Source: Methanococcus maripaludis (GTDB lineage: Archaea > AGJL01 > Methanococci > Methanococcales > Methanococcaceae). From it: a stretch of DNA of 32,000 nt. Under the pieces are notes generated by a model. It made no database searches, was not told where the DNA came from, and saw nothing but the letters and a program-made list of their open reading frames with translations. A program made the translations under genes and the position numbers. This document shows positions 18,813 to 27,620 of this stretch, one piece after another; the first letter of the stretch is position 1, and each line of letters opens with the position of its first letter. The stretch is from positions 150,001-182,000 of the forward strand of contig NZ_CP026606.1 of NCBI RefSeq assembly GCF_002945325.1, read 5' to 3'.

Positions 18813-20045
18813 ATGGGTAAGACGGTAGAGATAAATCCTACAACAAGACACGAAGGGCATACCAAACTTGTCTTGAAAGTGGATGATGACGGAATTGTTG
18901 AAAAAGGTAACTATTTAAGCGTTACCCCAGTTAGAGGCTTTGAAAAATTTTTAGTTGGAAAAGTGGCAGAATTTGCACCGATTGCAGTTTCAAGATTTTG
19001 TGGAATCTGTCCAATTGCACACGCTACTTCATCAGTAGAGGCTATTGAAGATGCATGTGGGATTACACCTCCAAAAGACGGATTATTATTAAGAGAATTA
19101 ACTGGACTTGGAAATAAAATGCACTCCCACCCATTACACGAGTTTTTAATTGCTCCAGACTTTATACCTGAAGCAGATAGGGTTGAATACATAAAAAGAA
19201 TTCAGGAAATGAGAAAAACTGGCCAATACATTGTTGATACAATAGGTGGAGAAGCAATTCACGCACCAAATATCAAAGTTGGCGGTATGTTAAAAAATAT
19301 TACTGAAAACGCAGCTTCAAAAATATATTACAAATGTAGGGAATACGAAAAATTAGCAAAAGAGCATGTTGAATATTTAATTCCTATTTTTGAAAGTAAT
19401 ATGCTTGCAGATGGAACAGAAATTCCTGAAAAATTAGGTTACCACGATTTTGGATACATTGCAACTGATGCCACATACGGAAACAGGGAAAACATCGACC
19501 AGAGCAAAGTTGTTGAATATACTCCATACGATGTTTATGAAAAAGACGTTGCAGTACAAGCTTGTACTACCATCCCAAGATACAACGGCAGATTAATGGA
19601 AGTTGGACCTAGAGCAAGATTTGCAAAATTCCACGACTTTAAAAACAAAGGTGCTATGGCAATACACATTGCAAGAGCTTATGAAAACGTAGTACACGTA
19701 AAAAGAGCAATGGAAATCATTGATGAATTAGACGTTAATGGAAAAACAAGATCAAATGAACCAATCCTCGGGGACGGTGAAAAAATAGGTCTTGGTGTTC
19801 ATGAAGCTGCGAGAGGCCACAACACCCACCAGGCTGCAATTGACGCAAAAGGAAGAATTACTTATTATAATGCAATTGTTGCTACCACTTGGAATATCCC
19901 GTTAATTGGGAAAGCTACAGAAGGAACACACTACAAATTTGCAGAACACGTTGTAAGAGCATACGATCCATGCGTTTCATGCGCAACTCACGTAATTGCA
20001 ATGGACTACGATAACAAAATCGTTGACAAAAAAATAATACAATAA
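18813..20045 (+). CDS. frcA: F420-reducing [NiFe]-hydrogenase alpha subunit, selenium-free
   Basis: [23 protein letters not shown] and C-terminal [18 protein letters not shown]. Cys replaces the Sec of FruA. RBS AGGTGAT. Confidence 0.92.
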   Translation: MGKTVEINPTTRHEGHTKLVLKVDDDGIVEKGNYLSVTPVRGFEKFLVGKVAEFAPIAVSRFCGICPIAHATSSVEAIEDACGITPPKDGLLLRELTGLGNKMHSHPLHEFLIAPDFIPEADRVEYIKRIQEMRKTGQYIVDTIGGEAIHAPNIKVGGMLKNITENAASKIYYKCREYEKLAKEHVEYLIPIFESNMLADGTEIPEKLGYHDFGYIATDATYGNRENIDQSKVVEYTPYDVYEKDVAVQACTTIPRYNGRLMEVGPRARFAKFHDFKNKGAMAIHIARAYENVVHVKRAMEIIDELDVNGKTRSNEPILGDGEKIGLGVHEAARGHNTHQAAIDAKGRITYYNAIVATTWNIPLIGKATEGTHYKFAEHVVRAYDPCVSCATHVIAMDYDNKIVDKKIIQ

Positions 20046-20058
20046 ATACTGGTGAATC

Positions 20059-20559
20059 ATGCCCGAATATTTAGAAAAAGAAGTTTTAGTCCTCGGATGC
20101 GGAAATATCTTGTTTGGGGATGATGGATTTGGATATGCTGTAGTAAATAAATTAAATGAACTAAAAAAAGAACATCATATACTTGAATCCAATAAAATAC
20201 AGATTATTGATGCAGGTACGGGAGCTTCTCACTTTATACTTTCATTAATTGATGAAAAAACTCCATTAAAGAAAATAATAATTGCAGATGTTATCGATTA
20301 TGGATTGACGCCAGGAGAATTGAAAAAATTATATTCAAAAGACCTTCCAGATATCGATAAATATCACATTGATGCCCACGACATGCCGCTTGCAGGGATG
20401 TTAAAGGATATTGAAGATAATTACGGCGTAAAAATCGTTGTTATTGGATGCCAGCAAAAAAATGTGCCTGCACCAGACATTCTTCTCGAACTTTCAGATG
20501 AAGTAAATGCTGCTGTAGATGGCGCTGTTTCATTAATAATAGATGAATTAAACGAATAA
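20059..20559 (+). CDS. frcD: Hydrogenase maturation endopeptidase
   Basis: [24 protein letters not shown]...[16 protein letters not shown]...DAHDMPL is typical of FrhD/HycI peptidases. Located between the A and G subunits. Confidence 0.9.
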   Translation: MPEYLEKEVLVLGCGNILFGDDGFGYAVVNKLNELKKEHHILESNKIQIIDAGTGASHFILSLIDEKTPLKKIIIADVIDYGLTPGELKKLYSKDLPDIDKYHIDAHDMPLAGMLKDIEDNYGVKIVVIGCQQKNVPAPDILLELSDEVNAAVDGAVSLIIDELNE

Positions 20560-20569
20560 TGGTGATATA

Positions 20570-21298
20570 GTGGTAAGAGTTGCCCATATACACATGAGTG
20601 GTTGTACAGGATGTTTAATTTCCCTTACAGACACTTATGAAAAACTTTTAGATATATTGGGAGCTGTTGAGCTAGTTTATGCATTAACACTCGCAGATGA
20701 AAAGACAGAAATTACTGAAACTGACGATAAAATATTAATTGAAAGAAAAATTCCTGAAAACATTGATATTGCACTCGTTGAAGGAAGTGTCTGTTTAGAT
20801 GACCACCACTCAGTTGAAGACATCTTAACGACAAGAAAAAATTCAAAAATTGTTGTAGCACTCGGTGCCTGTGCAGCATCAGGTGGAGTTACTAGATTTG
20901 GAAGAGGGGGCCAGATGTCACAGCCATCACATTCCTCATTCGTTCCAATTGGCGATGTAATTAAAGTAGATTTAGCACTTCCGGGATGCCCGCCATCAAC
21001 AGAATCAATTGTAAACTTAATTATGGCTGCACTAAACGGCGACATGGATTATTTAGAACCATTTGCTGAAATTGCAAAATACGGAAAAGATGCATGCGGA
21101 TGCGATGTAATCAAAAACGTTATAGACCAGTCACTTTGCATGGGTTGCGGAACTTGCGCTGCAGCATGTCAGGTAAAGGCAATCGAAATGATTGAAGGAA
21201 AACCAAACATAATGACTGAATTTTGTATAAAATGCGGTATTTGTGGAGCTCAGTGCCCAAGAGTTAGATTTCCAGAATTAGTTCAAAAAATCGAATAA
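20570..21298 (+). CDS. frcG: F420-reducing hydrogenase gamma (small) subunit
   Basis: [45 protein letters not shown], and C-terminal ferredoxin motifs [27 protein letters not shown] start. Confidence 0.9.
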   Translation: MVRVAHIHMSGCTGCLISLTDTYEKLLDILGAVELVYALTLADEKTEITETDDKILIERKIPENIDIALVEGSVCLDDHHSVEDILTTRKNSKIVVALGACAASGGVTRFGRGGQMSQPSHSSFVPIGDVIKVDLALPGCPPSTESIVNLIMAALNGDMDYLEPFAEIAKYGKDACGCDVIKNVIDQSLCMGCGTCAAACQVKAIEMIEGKPNIMTEFCIKCGICGAQCPRVRFPELVQKIE

Positions 21299-21319
21299 TT
21301 AAGTTTAGAGGTGTTAATT

Positions 21320-22168
21320 ATGGATCCTTTTGGAACATATAAAACAGCTATATCTGCAAGAGCCACAGATAAAGCAATACTTAAAAAATCACAGGATGGA
21401 GGAATAATCTCTGCGTCCTACATCTATGGTTTAGAAAATGGCCTTTTAGATGGTGTAATCGTTGCAAACACTGAAGACGGATTTAAAACCGCTCCAAAAA
21501 TTGCTACAACTCCCGAAGAAGTACTTTCAGCTGCAGGAACTAAATATACAGTTTCACCAAACGTATCTGTGTTAAAAGATGCAGTAAGGGAATACGCACT
21601 TGAAAAAGTTGGAATTGTTGGAACCCCTTGTCAGGTCCGAGCAATTAGAAAATTAATGAAATACCCAATGGGTTTTAGACATACTGATTCAAAAATTGCA
21701 CTTGTTATGGGAATATTCTGTATGGAAAACTTCCCTTACGAAGGTATGAAAGCAATTGTAGAACAGTACGCAGGAATTAGAATGAACGATGTTTTAAAAA
21801 CAGATATCGGAAAAGGTAAATTCTGGGTCTACTCAAAATCTGGCGATGTAAAAGCAGTTCCCCTAAAAGATACGCACATGTACGAACAAAAATCATGCCA
21901 CGTATGTATGGACTACACTGCAGAACTTGCAGATATCTCAACAGGTTCAGTTGGAAGCCCTGACGGATGGAGCACAATCTTTGTTAGAACTGCAAAAGGA
22001 GAAGAGTACTTAAACAAAATGATTGATGCAGGCGCTCTTGAAACAAAACCAATTGAAGACGTAAAACCCGGGCTTGACCTAGTTCAAAAACTTGCCCTCC
22101 AGAAAAAAGAGAAAAACGATAAAGAAATCGTTCACAGAAAAGAAATGGGACTTCCTGTTCCATATTAA
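21320..22168 (+). CDS. frcB: F420-reducing hydrogenase beta (FAD/F420-binding) subunit
   Basis: [50 protein letters not shown], FrhB family. The 21311 GTG in the ORF track is part of RBS GAGGTG, so ATG 21320 is preferred. Confidence 0.92.
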   Translation: MDPFGTYKTAISARATDKAILKKSQDGGIISASYIYGLENGLLDGVIVANTEDGFKTAPKIATTPEEVLSAAGTKYTVSPNVSVLKDAVREYALEKVGIVGTPCQVRAIRKLMKYPMGFRHTDSKIALVMGIFCMENFPYEGMKAIVEQYAGIRMNDVLKTDIGKGKFWVYSKSGDVKAVPLKDTHMYEQKSCHVCMDYTAELADISTGSVGSPDGWSTIFVRTAKGEEYLNKMIDAGALETKPIEDVKPGLDLVQKLALQKKEKNDKEIVHRKEMGLPVPY

Positions 22169-22320
22169 TCCATTCCTTAATTTTTTGATATTGAGATTTA
22201 CAGGTACATATTAAATTTTTTATCCCTATTTTTTCAAATAAATTTTACAAAAATATCCAAACTTATTTTAAAAATGTTTATTAAATCTTTTTTAATTAAG
22301 TATCAAACGAGGTTTTACAA

Positions 22321-22542
22321 ATGGCAGAAATTACTTTTGAAATAGTTGAACATATCGGAGTACTTTATGAATACCCAAATGGCTGGAAAAAAGAGCTAAA
22401 TCTTGTAAGTTGGAACGAAAATGAACCAAAATACGATATAAGGGACTGGAATCCAGAACATGAAAGAATGAGAAAAGGAATCACCTTAAATCCTGAAGAA
22501 TTAAAAGCTTTGAAAGAAATTTTAAAAGAAATTGAACTTTAA
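22321..22542 (+). CDS. PC4/YdbC-like small single-strand nucleic-acid-binding protein
   Basis: MAEITFEIVEHIGVLYEYPNGWKKELNLVSWNENEPKYDIRDWNPEHERMRKGITLNPEELKALKEIL matches the YdbC/PC4 (p15) family pattern as I recall it. RBS GAGGTT. Confidence 0.7.
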   Translation: MAEITFEIVEHIGVLYEYPNGWKKELNLVSWNENEPKYDIRDWNPEHERMRKGITLNPEELKALKEILKEIEL

Positions 22543-22801
22543 TAACGTATTTTTTTATTTTAAAACCTTTAAACTGTAGTTATTTAAAAAAAATTTCATA
22601 AAAATAACAATATTATTTTAAATTTCAGAAATCGGTTAAAAAAATTATATTTTAGACCAAAATTATATGAATCCCCTAAAAACGTCTGTTTTATTTTGAA
22701 AAATTAAATTGATAATATTAACCCGTTTAAAAAGGAAAATAGTATAAATAATTAGCAATATATTGTTTATCTTAAATATATGGCTAAATGGAGGGATCAT
22801 T

Positions 22802-24760
22802 ATAACAACCCTAAAAAAACTCGTAATGGTAACAATACTACTTTCATGTATTGGGTTTGTTTCGGCAGTGGAACCAGATCCAATAGATTACAATCACATG
22901 AATAATTCTAATTATGATACAGTAAGGAACATAACAAGTCCTGGAATGTATTATTTAACTGAAAATATCTCAAGTACAAATGGAATTATAATTAGTTCTG
23001 ATAACGTAACGTTAGATGGACAGGGTTATTTTTTAAATATTACTGGAGATTACGGGGTAAATTCAACATACCACAACAATATCACCGTTAAAAATGTTAA
23101 AATAACCACAACATCCTATAGCGGGATTTATTTTAAAAACGTAAATTTCCCTACGGTTGAAAACAATACAATAAACACAACATATCTATGTTCCCTATGG
23201 GGGTCTGGATACAACTTTACGGTTGTAAATAATTCGATGTCTTCAGGATTTGGTGGAAATTACGGTTTAGAACAGTTAACTACCTACACAGTAGTAGGAA
23301 ATACGTTAAATGGAAAACCGATTTATTTCTACAAAGATACTGAAAATATTGGGGAAATTCCAAGCGATGCGGCACAGATTATTATATCAAACTGTACAAA
23401 CGGGCAGATTAAAAACCTAACTCTCGATGAAAACGCCGTTGTAATTTATATTGGCGATTCAAGCGAAATTACAGTTGAAAACTGTACAATTAAACCAAAT
23501 ATTTACGAAGAATATGCTCTTTATTTAATAAACTCTGAAAGCTGTAGTATCACAAACAATACTTTTGGTATTTCTGAAAATACTGATTTTGGTGTTATTA
23601 GATCACATTATTCAAACAACATAACAATATCAGGAAATACGTTAAATGAAATGGCCGTAGGTTTCAGATTATACGGCATTACAAACTCAAGCATATTTGA
23701 AAATACTTTTGAAAACATAGCTGGCCCGACAATTGTAGAGGAAGGAAGTGTTTCAGAAGTTTATGTTTACTTAAATAACTTTATAAATTGCCCCATAGTG
23801 CTTGTTACAAATATTACATTTAACAGCCCAACTAATGTTTCATACGCATACAATGGAACAGTATACAGCGGAATTGCTGGAAACTACTGGTCTGACTACA
23901 ACGAAACTAATGCAACCATTAATGATGGAATCTGGAGCATTCCTCATACAATAATGGAATTGGTAAACGATTCATACCCGCTTGTAGAACCAGCCAATCC
24001 TGAAACCAAAGAAGAAACTCCAAATGATGGATTAATCCACTTAACACAGGATGATTTCACAGACAACGAAACAGGATACATTGCAAGTGAATCTGGAACT
24101 TATGTTTTAGATGAAAATATAACTTGCGCTATGGGAATTGGAATAAATGCAAGCAACATTACAATTGACGGTAATGGCTTTTATTTAACAGGAAATGTTT
24201 CAGAACGCAGTGAATACTGGGAAGATACTGGAATATACGCTTTAAGCGGTAATTTTGAAAACATCACCGTTAAAAACGTGGTAATAACCGAATGGTACTA
24301 TGGTATTGCAGTACCCTTGCACTGGGAAGATTATGAAATAACAAACTTTTCTGTTATAAACTGTACATTTTTAAATAATGATTGGATGGGAATTGGCGAA
24401 ATGTACGTATTTGGTGGAGAAATTACCAACAGTACTTTTAAAAATAGTTACTATGGAGTTATGCTGCCATACACGGAAAATATTATAATTACAGGAAATG
24501 AATTCAGTGGAAATGAATATGGATTATATGCGGGAGGAGTAAACAACTGGATTTATTTAAATAAATTTGAAAATAATAGTCAAAATATTGACTTTAGATC
24601 ATTATCTGGAAATTACTTCCATTCCCCAGTTGTAAAATATGAATACAACGGAAAAGTCTACGAAGGAAGAGTTGGAAACTACTACGGTGAAGAACTTGGA
24701 ACTTCAAATGCTGGAATATATGATAAACCTTACGGAATCGAAGCAATGATTAGGAAGTAA
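22802..24760 (+). CDS. Secreted parallel beta-helix (NosD/CASH-like) repeat surface protein; start codon uncertain
   Basis: Signal-like TTLKKLVMVTILLSCIGFVSA, then repeated NITIDG/NITVKN/N.IS.N beta-helix motifs. RBS GGAGGG at 22790-22795 is followed only by ATC ATT ATA; the ORF track gives TTG 22763, which lies upstream of the RBS. Confidence 0.75.
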   Translation: MTTLKKLVMVTILLSCIGFVSAVEPDPIDYNHMNNSNYDTVRNITSPGMYYLTENISSTNGIIISSDNVTLDGQGYFLNITGDYGVNSTYHNNITVKNVKITTTSYSGIYFKNVNFPTVENNTINTTYLCSLWGSGYNFTVVNNSMSSGFGGNYGLEQLTTYTVVGNTLNGKPIYFYKDTENIGEIPSDAAQIIISNCTNGQIKNLTLDENAVVIYIGDSSEITVENCTIKPNIYEEYALYLINSESCSITNNTFGISENTDFGVIRSHYSNNITISGNTLNEMAVGFRLYGITNSSIFENTFENIAGPTIVEEGSVSEVYVYLNNFINCPIVLVTNITFNSPTNVSYAYNGTVYSGIAGNYWSDYNETNATINDGIWSIPHTIMELVNDSYPLVEPANPETKEETPNDGLIHLTQDDFTDNETGYIASESGTYVLDENITCAMGIGINASNITIDGNGFYLTGNVSERSEYWEDTGIYALSGNFENITVKNVVITEWYYGIAVPLHWEDYEITNFSVINCTFLNNDWMGIGEMYVFGGEITNSTFKNSYYGVMLPYTENIIITGNEFSGNEYGLYAGGVNNWIYLNKFENNSQNIDFRSLSGNYFHSPVVKYEYNGKVYEGRVGNYYGEELGTSNAGIYDKPYGIEAMIRK

Positions 24761-24776
24761 CTGGAGGTGGTAAAAA

Positions 24777-26027
24777 ATGAAAAGACTTTTGATTTTAGCA
24801 ATAATTGCATTAAGCATGTTAGTTTCAGTGAGTGCGGAAATGGATTATAATAATTCAGATTATTATGGGGTCATAAATGAACCTGGAACATATGTCCTTT
24901 CAGAAGATATAATATCACCTAAATGGGGCGGTATTTTAATAAATACGAGCAATGTGGTTTTGGATGGTGATAACCACCATATTATTTGTAATAATGGTTC
25001 TGAAGAGACATATGGTGTTGATATTTATCCAGATGGCCACCCAATAGAAAACATCACGATAAAAAATGCAGTATTCAAAAACTGGACTAGTGCAATATAC
25101 TCTGATGATGACAGTAAAAATGTAACAATCAGAAACTGTGAATTTGAGAACAATACTTACTTTTTAGATTCGTATGGCATAGAAATATATTTCTACTTAA
25201 ATACAATTCATGAAAACCAGTCTGCTGAATCATACGCTCCATTAGCATCACCAAAACTGGTTTACACTTACGGTGGAACTGAATACACTTACCGGCTTGG
25301 AAACTATTATTACGGCTATGAAGGAACAGATACTGAAGATGAAGGAGTTTACTCTGGAGTTTATGAACTCGATAGTACAACTGACCTTTACGCATTAATT
25401 AAAACTCCTGAAAACTACATAATCACTGAAACGTTATATCCTGAAGTAGATTCTGAATACGGCGGCGCATTAATTGCAGATATTTTCGCATTAACTAATG
25501 ATCCTGAAAATTATGTAATTACCGATGCACCAGTAACAACCACTACAACAAGATCATCTGGTAGTAGTGGTGGAAGAAGCTATGACTCAGATATTTCAGA
25601 TGAAATAGACTCAAAAGTTATTAAAAACTTCGTTTCGAGTGCAGCAGTGATCTTTGGAAATGAAATCGATCAGCAATATGCTGAAGAATTAAGAGAAAGA
25701 ATACAAAACGCAGAAAACTACAAAATTTCTGGAAATGCAGTAATTGTCGGTGGACCGTTATCAAACGGCTTTGCCAGAGAATACAACGATCAGTTTGAAA
25801 TGCCAATTTCAAACGATTACCCTGGAGAAAACAAAGGGGTTATTCAGGTATTAAAAATACAAGATAACTCTGGAAAAATCGTTAAAAGCTACACAATTGT
25901 ATATATTGCAGGTTCCGATAGATTGGGAACACAAGCTGCTTTAGAATACTTTAAAACTTTGGATGAGTTGCCAGAAGGACCAATCATGGTCGAATGGACA
26001 GAAAATGGACATAAAGTTGTTGAATAA
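24777..26027 (+). CDS. Secreted beta-helix surface protein with Methanococcales S-layer-like C-terminal domain
   Basis: Signal peptide MKRLLILAIIALSMLVSVSA, IKNAVFKNWTSAIYSDDDSKNVTIRNC, and C-terminal EIDQQYAEELRERIQ...VIVGGPLSNGFAREY...VYIAGSDRLGTQAALEYFKTL. RBS GGAGGTGG. Confidence 0.8.
   Translation: MKRLLILAIIALSMLVSVSAEMDYNNSDYYGVINEPGTYVLSEDIISPKWGGILINTSNVVLDGDNHHIICNNGSEETYGVDIYPDGHPIENITIKNAVFKNWTSAIYSDDDSKNVTIRNCEFENNTYFLDSYGIEIYFYLNTIHENQSAESYAPLASPKLVYTYGGTEYTYRLGNYYYGYEGTDTEDEGVYSGVYELDSTTDLYALIKTPENYIITETLYPEVDSEYGGALIADIFALTNDPENYVITDAPVTTTTTRSSGSSGGRSYDSDISDEIDSKVIKNFVSSAAVIFGNEIDQQYAEELRERIQNAENYKISGNAVIVGGPLSNGFAREYNDQFEMPISNDYPGENKGVIQVLKIQDNSGKIVKSYTIVYIAGSDRLGTQAALEYFKTLDELPEGPIMVEWTENGHKVVE
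25926..25960 (+). repeat. 35-nt exact repeat, copy 1 (GGAACACAAGCTGCTTTAGAATACTTTAAAACTTT)
   Basis: Identical to 29667-29701 by eye. Confidence 0.85.
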
Positions 26028-26177
26028 CTTATTAAAAAAAATAAAATTTCTTTTTTTCTGATTTTTAAATTGAATTTAAAAAAGTAGTATTATTATTTTA
26101 AAAATTTAACAAACTGTGAATTTTTTAAAAATTTTTTAAAATAAAAGTGTTAAAAATAATTACATTTTATTTAGAAA

Positions 26178-27287
26178 TTACGTGTTAAATGTTTCAGAAT
26201 ACGATTCTATATGTTCAAAATTATCCCCGTAGAGAATAATTTGGAGTTGGGAATATTCATTTCTGGGGATGTTTAAAAATACGTCTGCATACCCCAAAGA
26301 ACCTTCTTCGTAATCATTTAATTCAAGAGTGGTCTGGTCCCATACATACTCAGGATCATTTAAATTTAATGCTGCTGCATATAATTTTGGATTTTTCGCA
26401 GTTCCTGTGCCAATATTTACAATATCTACATGTATATTATAGCATACATAATTTGAATCATAACTACATACCTCTGCATCCCACGATAGATCCATGTTTG
26501 GGATTTGGACCATCGGGTGAATCGTAGCAGGCTCGAATTCGTATTCTTTGGGAATTTCCCCAATTTTCCAGCCAGTTCCGGTAGTTTCTACATAGAAATA
26601 TTTTTTTTCATTATATTCATAGTACGTTCCCTGAACACTGTTATCACCGCTAACACCAACTGCCATGTGGCCAGGAAGCTCGATTAATACGACACCAAAT
26701 CCGAGTTCATGGAGTAATGCAGCAGTTAATATTGCGGTATCCTCGCAATCGCCCCCATTATCAATTAAAGTTTCTAAGGGATATCTTGGATATTCGTCAT
26801 AACCTGTCGTAACTTTATCTGAGGTATATTCCAAAGACTGTACAAATGCCAAGATAAATTCTACCATCTGGCTTTTTGAATATCCCCTCTGGTTTGAAAC
26901 TTCCTCAAATGAGTTAATCATTGATTTTAAACAGTGTCTATCGTAATCTGATAATGCGTACTGTTCGTAACCGCTGGCTCTTGGTTTACTTTTATAGTAT
27001 AGGTAAAGGTCTTCTGGGATAGATAACGACCAATCCCAGTTTAAACCACCGTACTCCCAGGAATATTCTTCATTAATATACATTAAATCATTGGCTAGGT
27101 CATAATTATAGTTCGTAGTTTCATTTTCAAAACAGTCCAAACTATAATTATAGTTTATAGTTTCTTTTTCTTCTCCTTCTTCAAAAATAGCTTCAGCGTT
27201 TTCTAGTGCAGTTTCTGAAAAATCAGCACATCCTGAAAAAGAAACTATCAAAAGTAAGGCCAAAACAGTGATTTTCAAATATTTCAT
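26178..27287 (-). CDS. Transglutaminase-like (papain-fold) domain lipoprotein
   Basis: Lipobox LLLIVSFSGCADF, and transglutaminase-like core NGGDCEDTAILTAALLHELGFGVVLIELPGHMAVGV. Confidence 0.8.
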   Translation of the reverse strand: MKYLKITVLALLLIVSFSGCADFSETALENAEAIFEEGEEKETINYNYSLDCFENETTNYNYDLANDLMYINEEYSWEYGGLNWDWSLSIPEDLYLYYKSKPRASGYEQYALSDYDRHCLKSMINSFEEVSNQRGYSKSQMVEFILAFVQSLEYTSDKVTTGYDEYPRYPLETLIDNGGDCEDTAILTAALLHELGFGVVLIELPGHMAVGVSGDNSVQGTYYEYNEKKYFYVETTGTGWKIGEIPKEYEFEPATIHPMVQIPNMDLSWDAEVCSYDSNYVCYNIHVDIVNIGTGTAKNPKLYAAALNLNDPEYVWDQTTLELNDYEEGSLGYADVFLNIPRNEYSQLQIILYGDNFEHIESYSETFNT

Positions 27288-27620
27288 GCTTTCCCGAAAA
27301 ATCCATATTATAACAACTATTATGGGCGTGATTTCGTAATTTATAAAATTATTTTAAACCTAATTGATATTTTAGTAGCAGGTCTAAAAATAACTTTTTA
27401 AAGTTTAAATTTCGGAGTCATATATGTAAAAATAAAAAAATAAGTCCATTTTACTGAATAGGTGATTAAACTATTTTTAAGTTCAAATTAGGAGTTTAGC
27501 TCTTATATATTATGCCTAATCGACATTTTTAAATATATATGCCACATATTTTATGAAATATCAATTAAATTAAATATATCTGTACTTTAACATTAATAAT
27601 CTAATTCGGGGCGATTTTAA

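Noticed and set aside
11068-20045. SECIS elements or recoded UGA in the hydrogenase, hdrA and fwdB genes
   Set aside because: All reading frames are complete without UGA and show Cys at the catalytic positions, so these are the selenium-free isoforms.
22543-27620. CRISPR array or mobile element in the low-complexity surface-protein region
   Set aside because: No regularly spaced direct repeats, no cas genes, and no transposase, integrase or terminal inverted repeats. The repeats seen are protein-coding modules.
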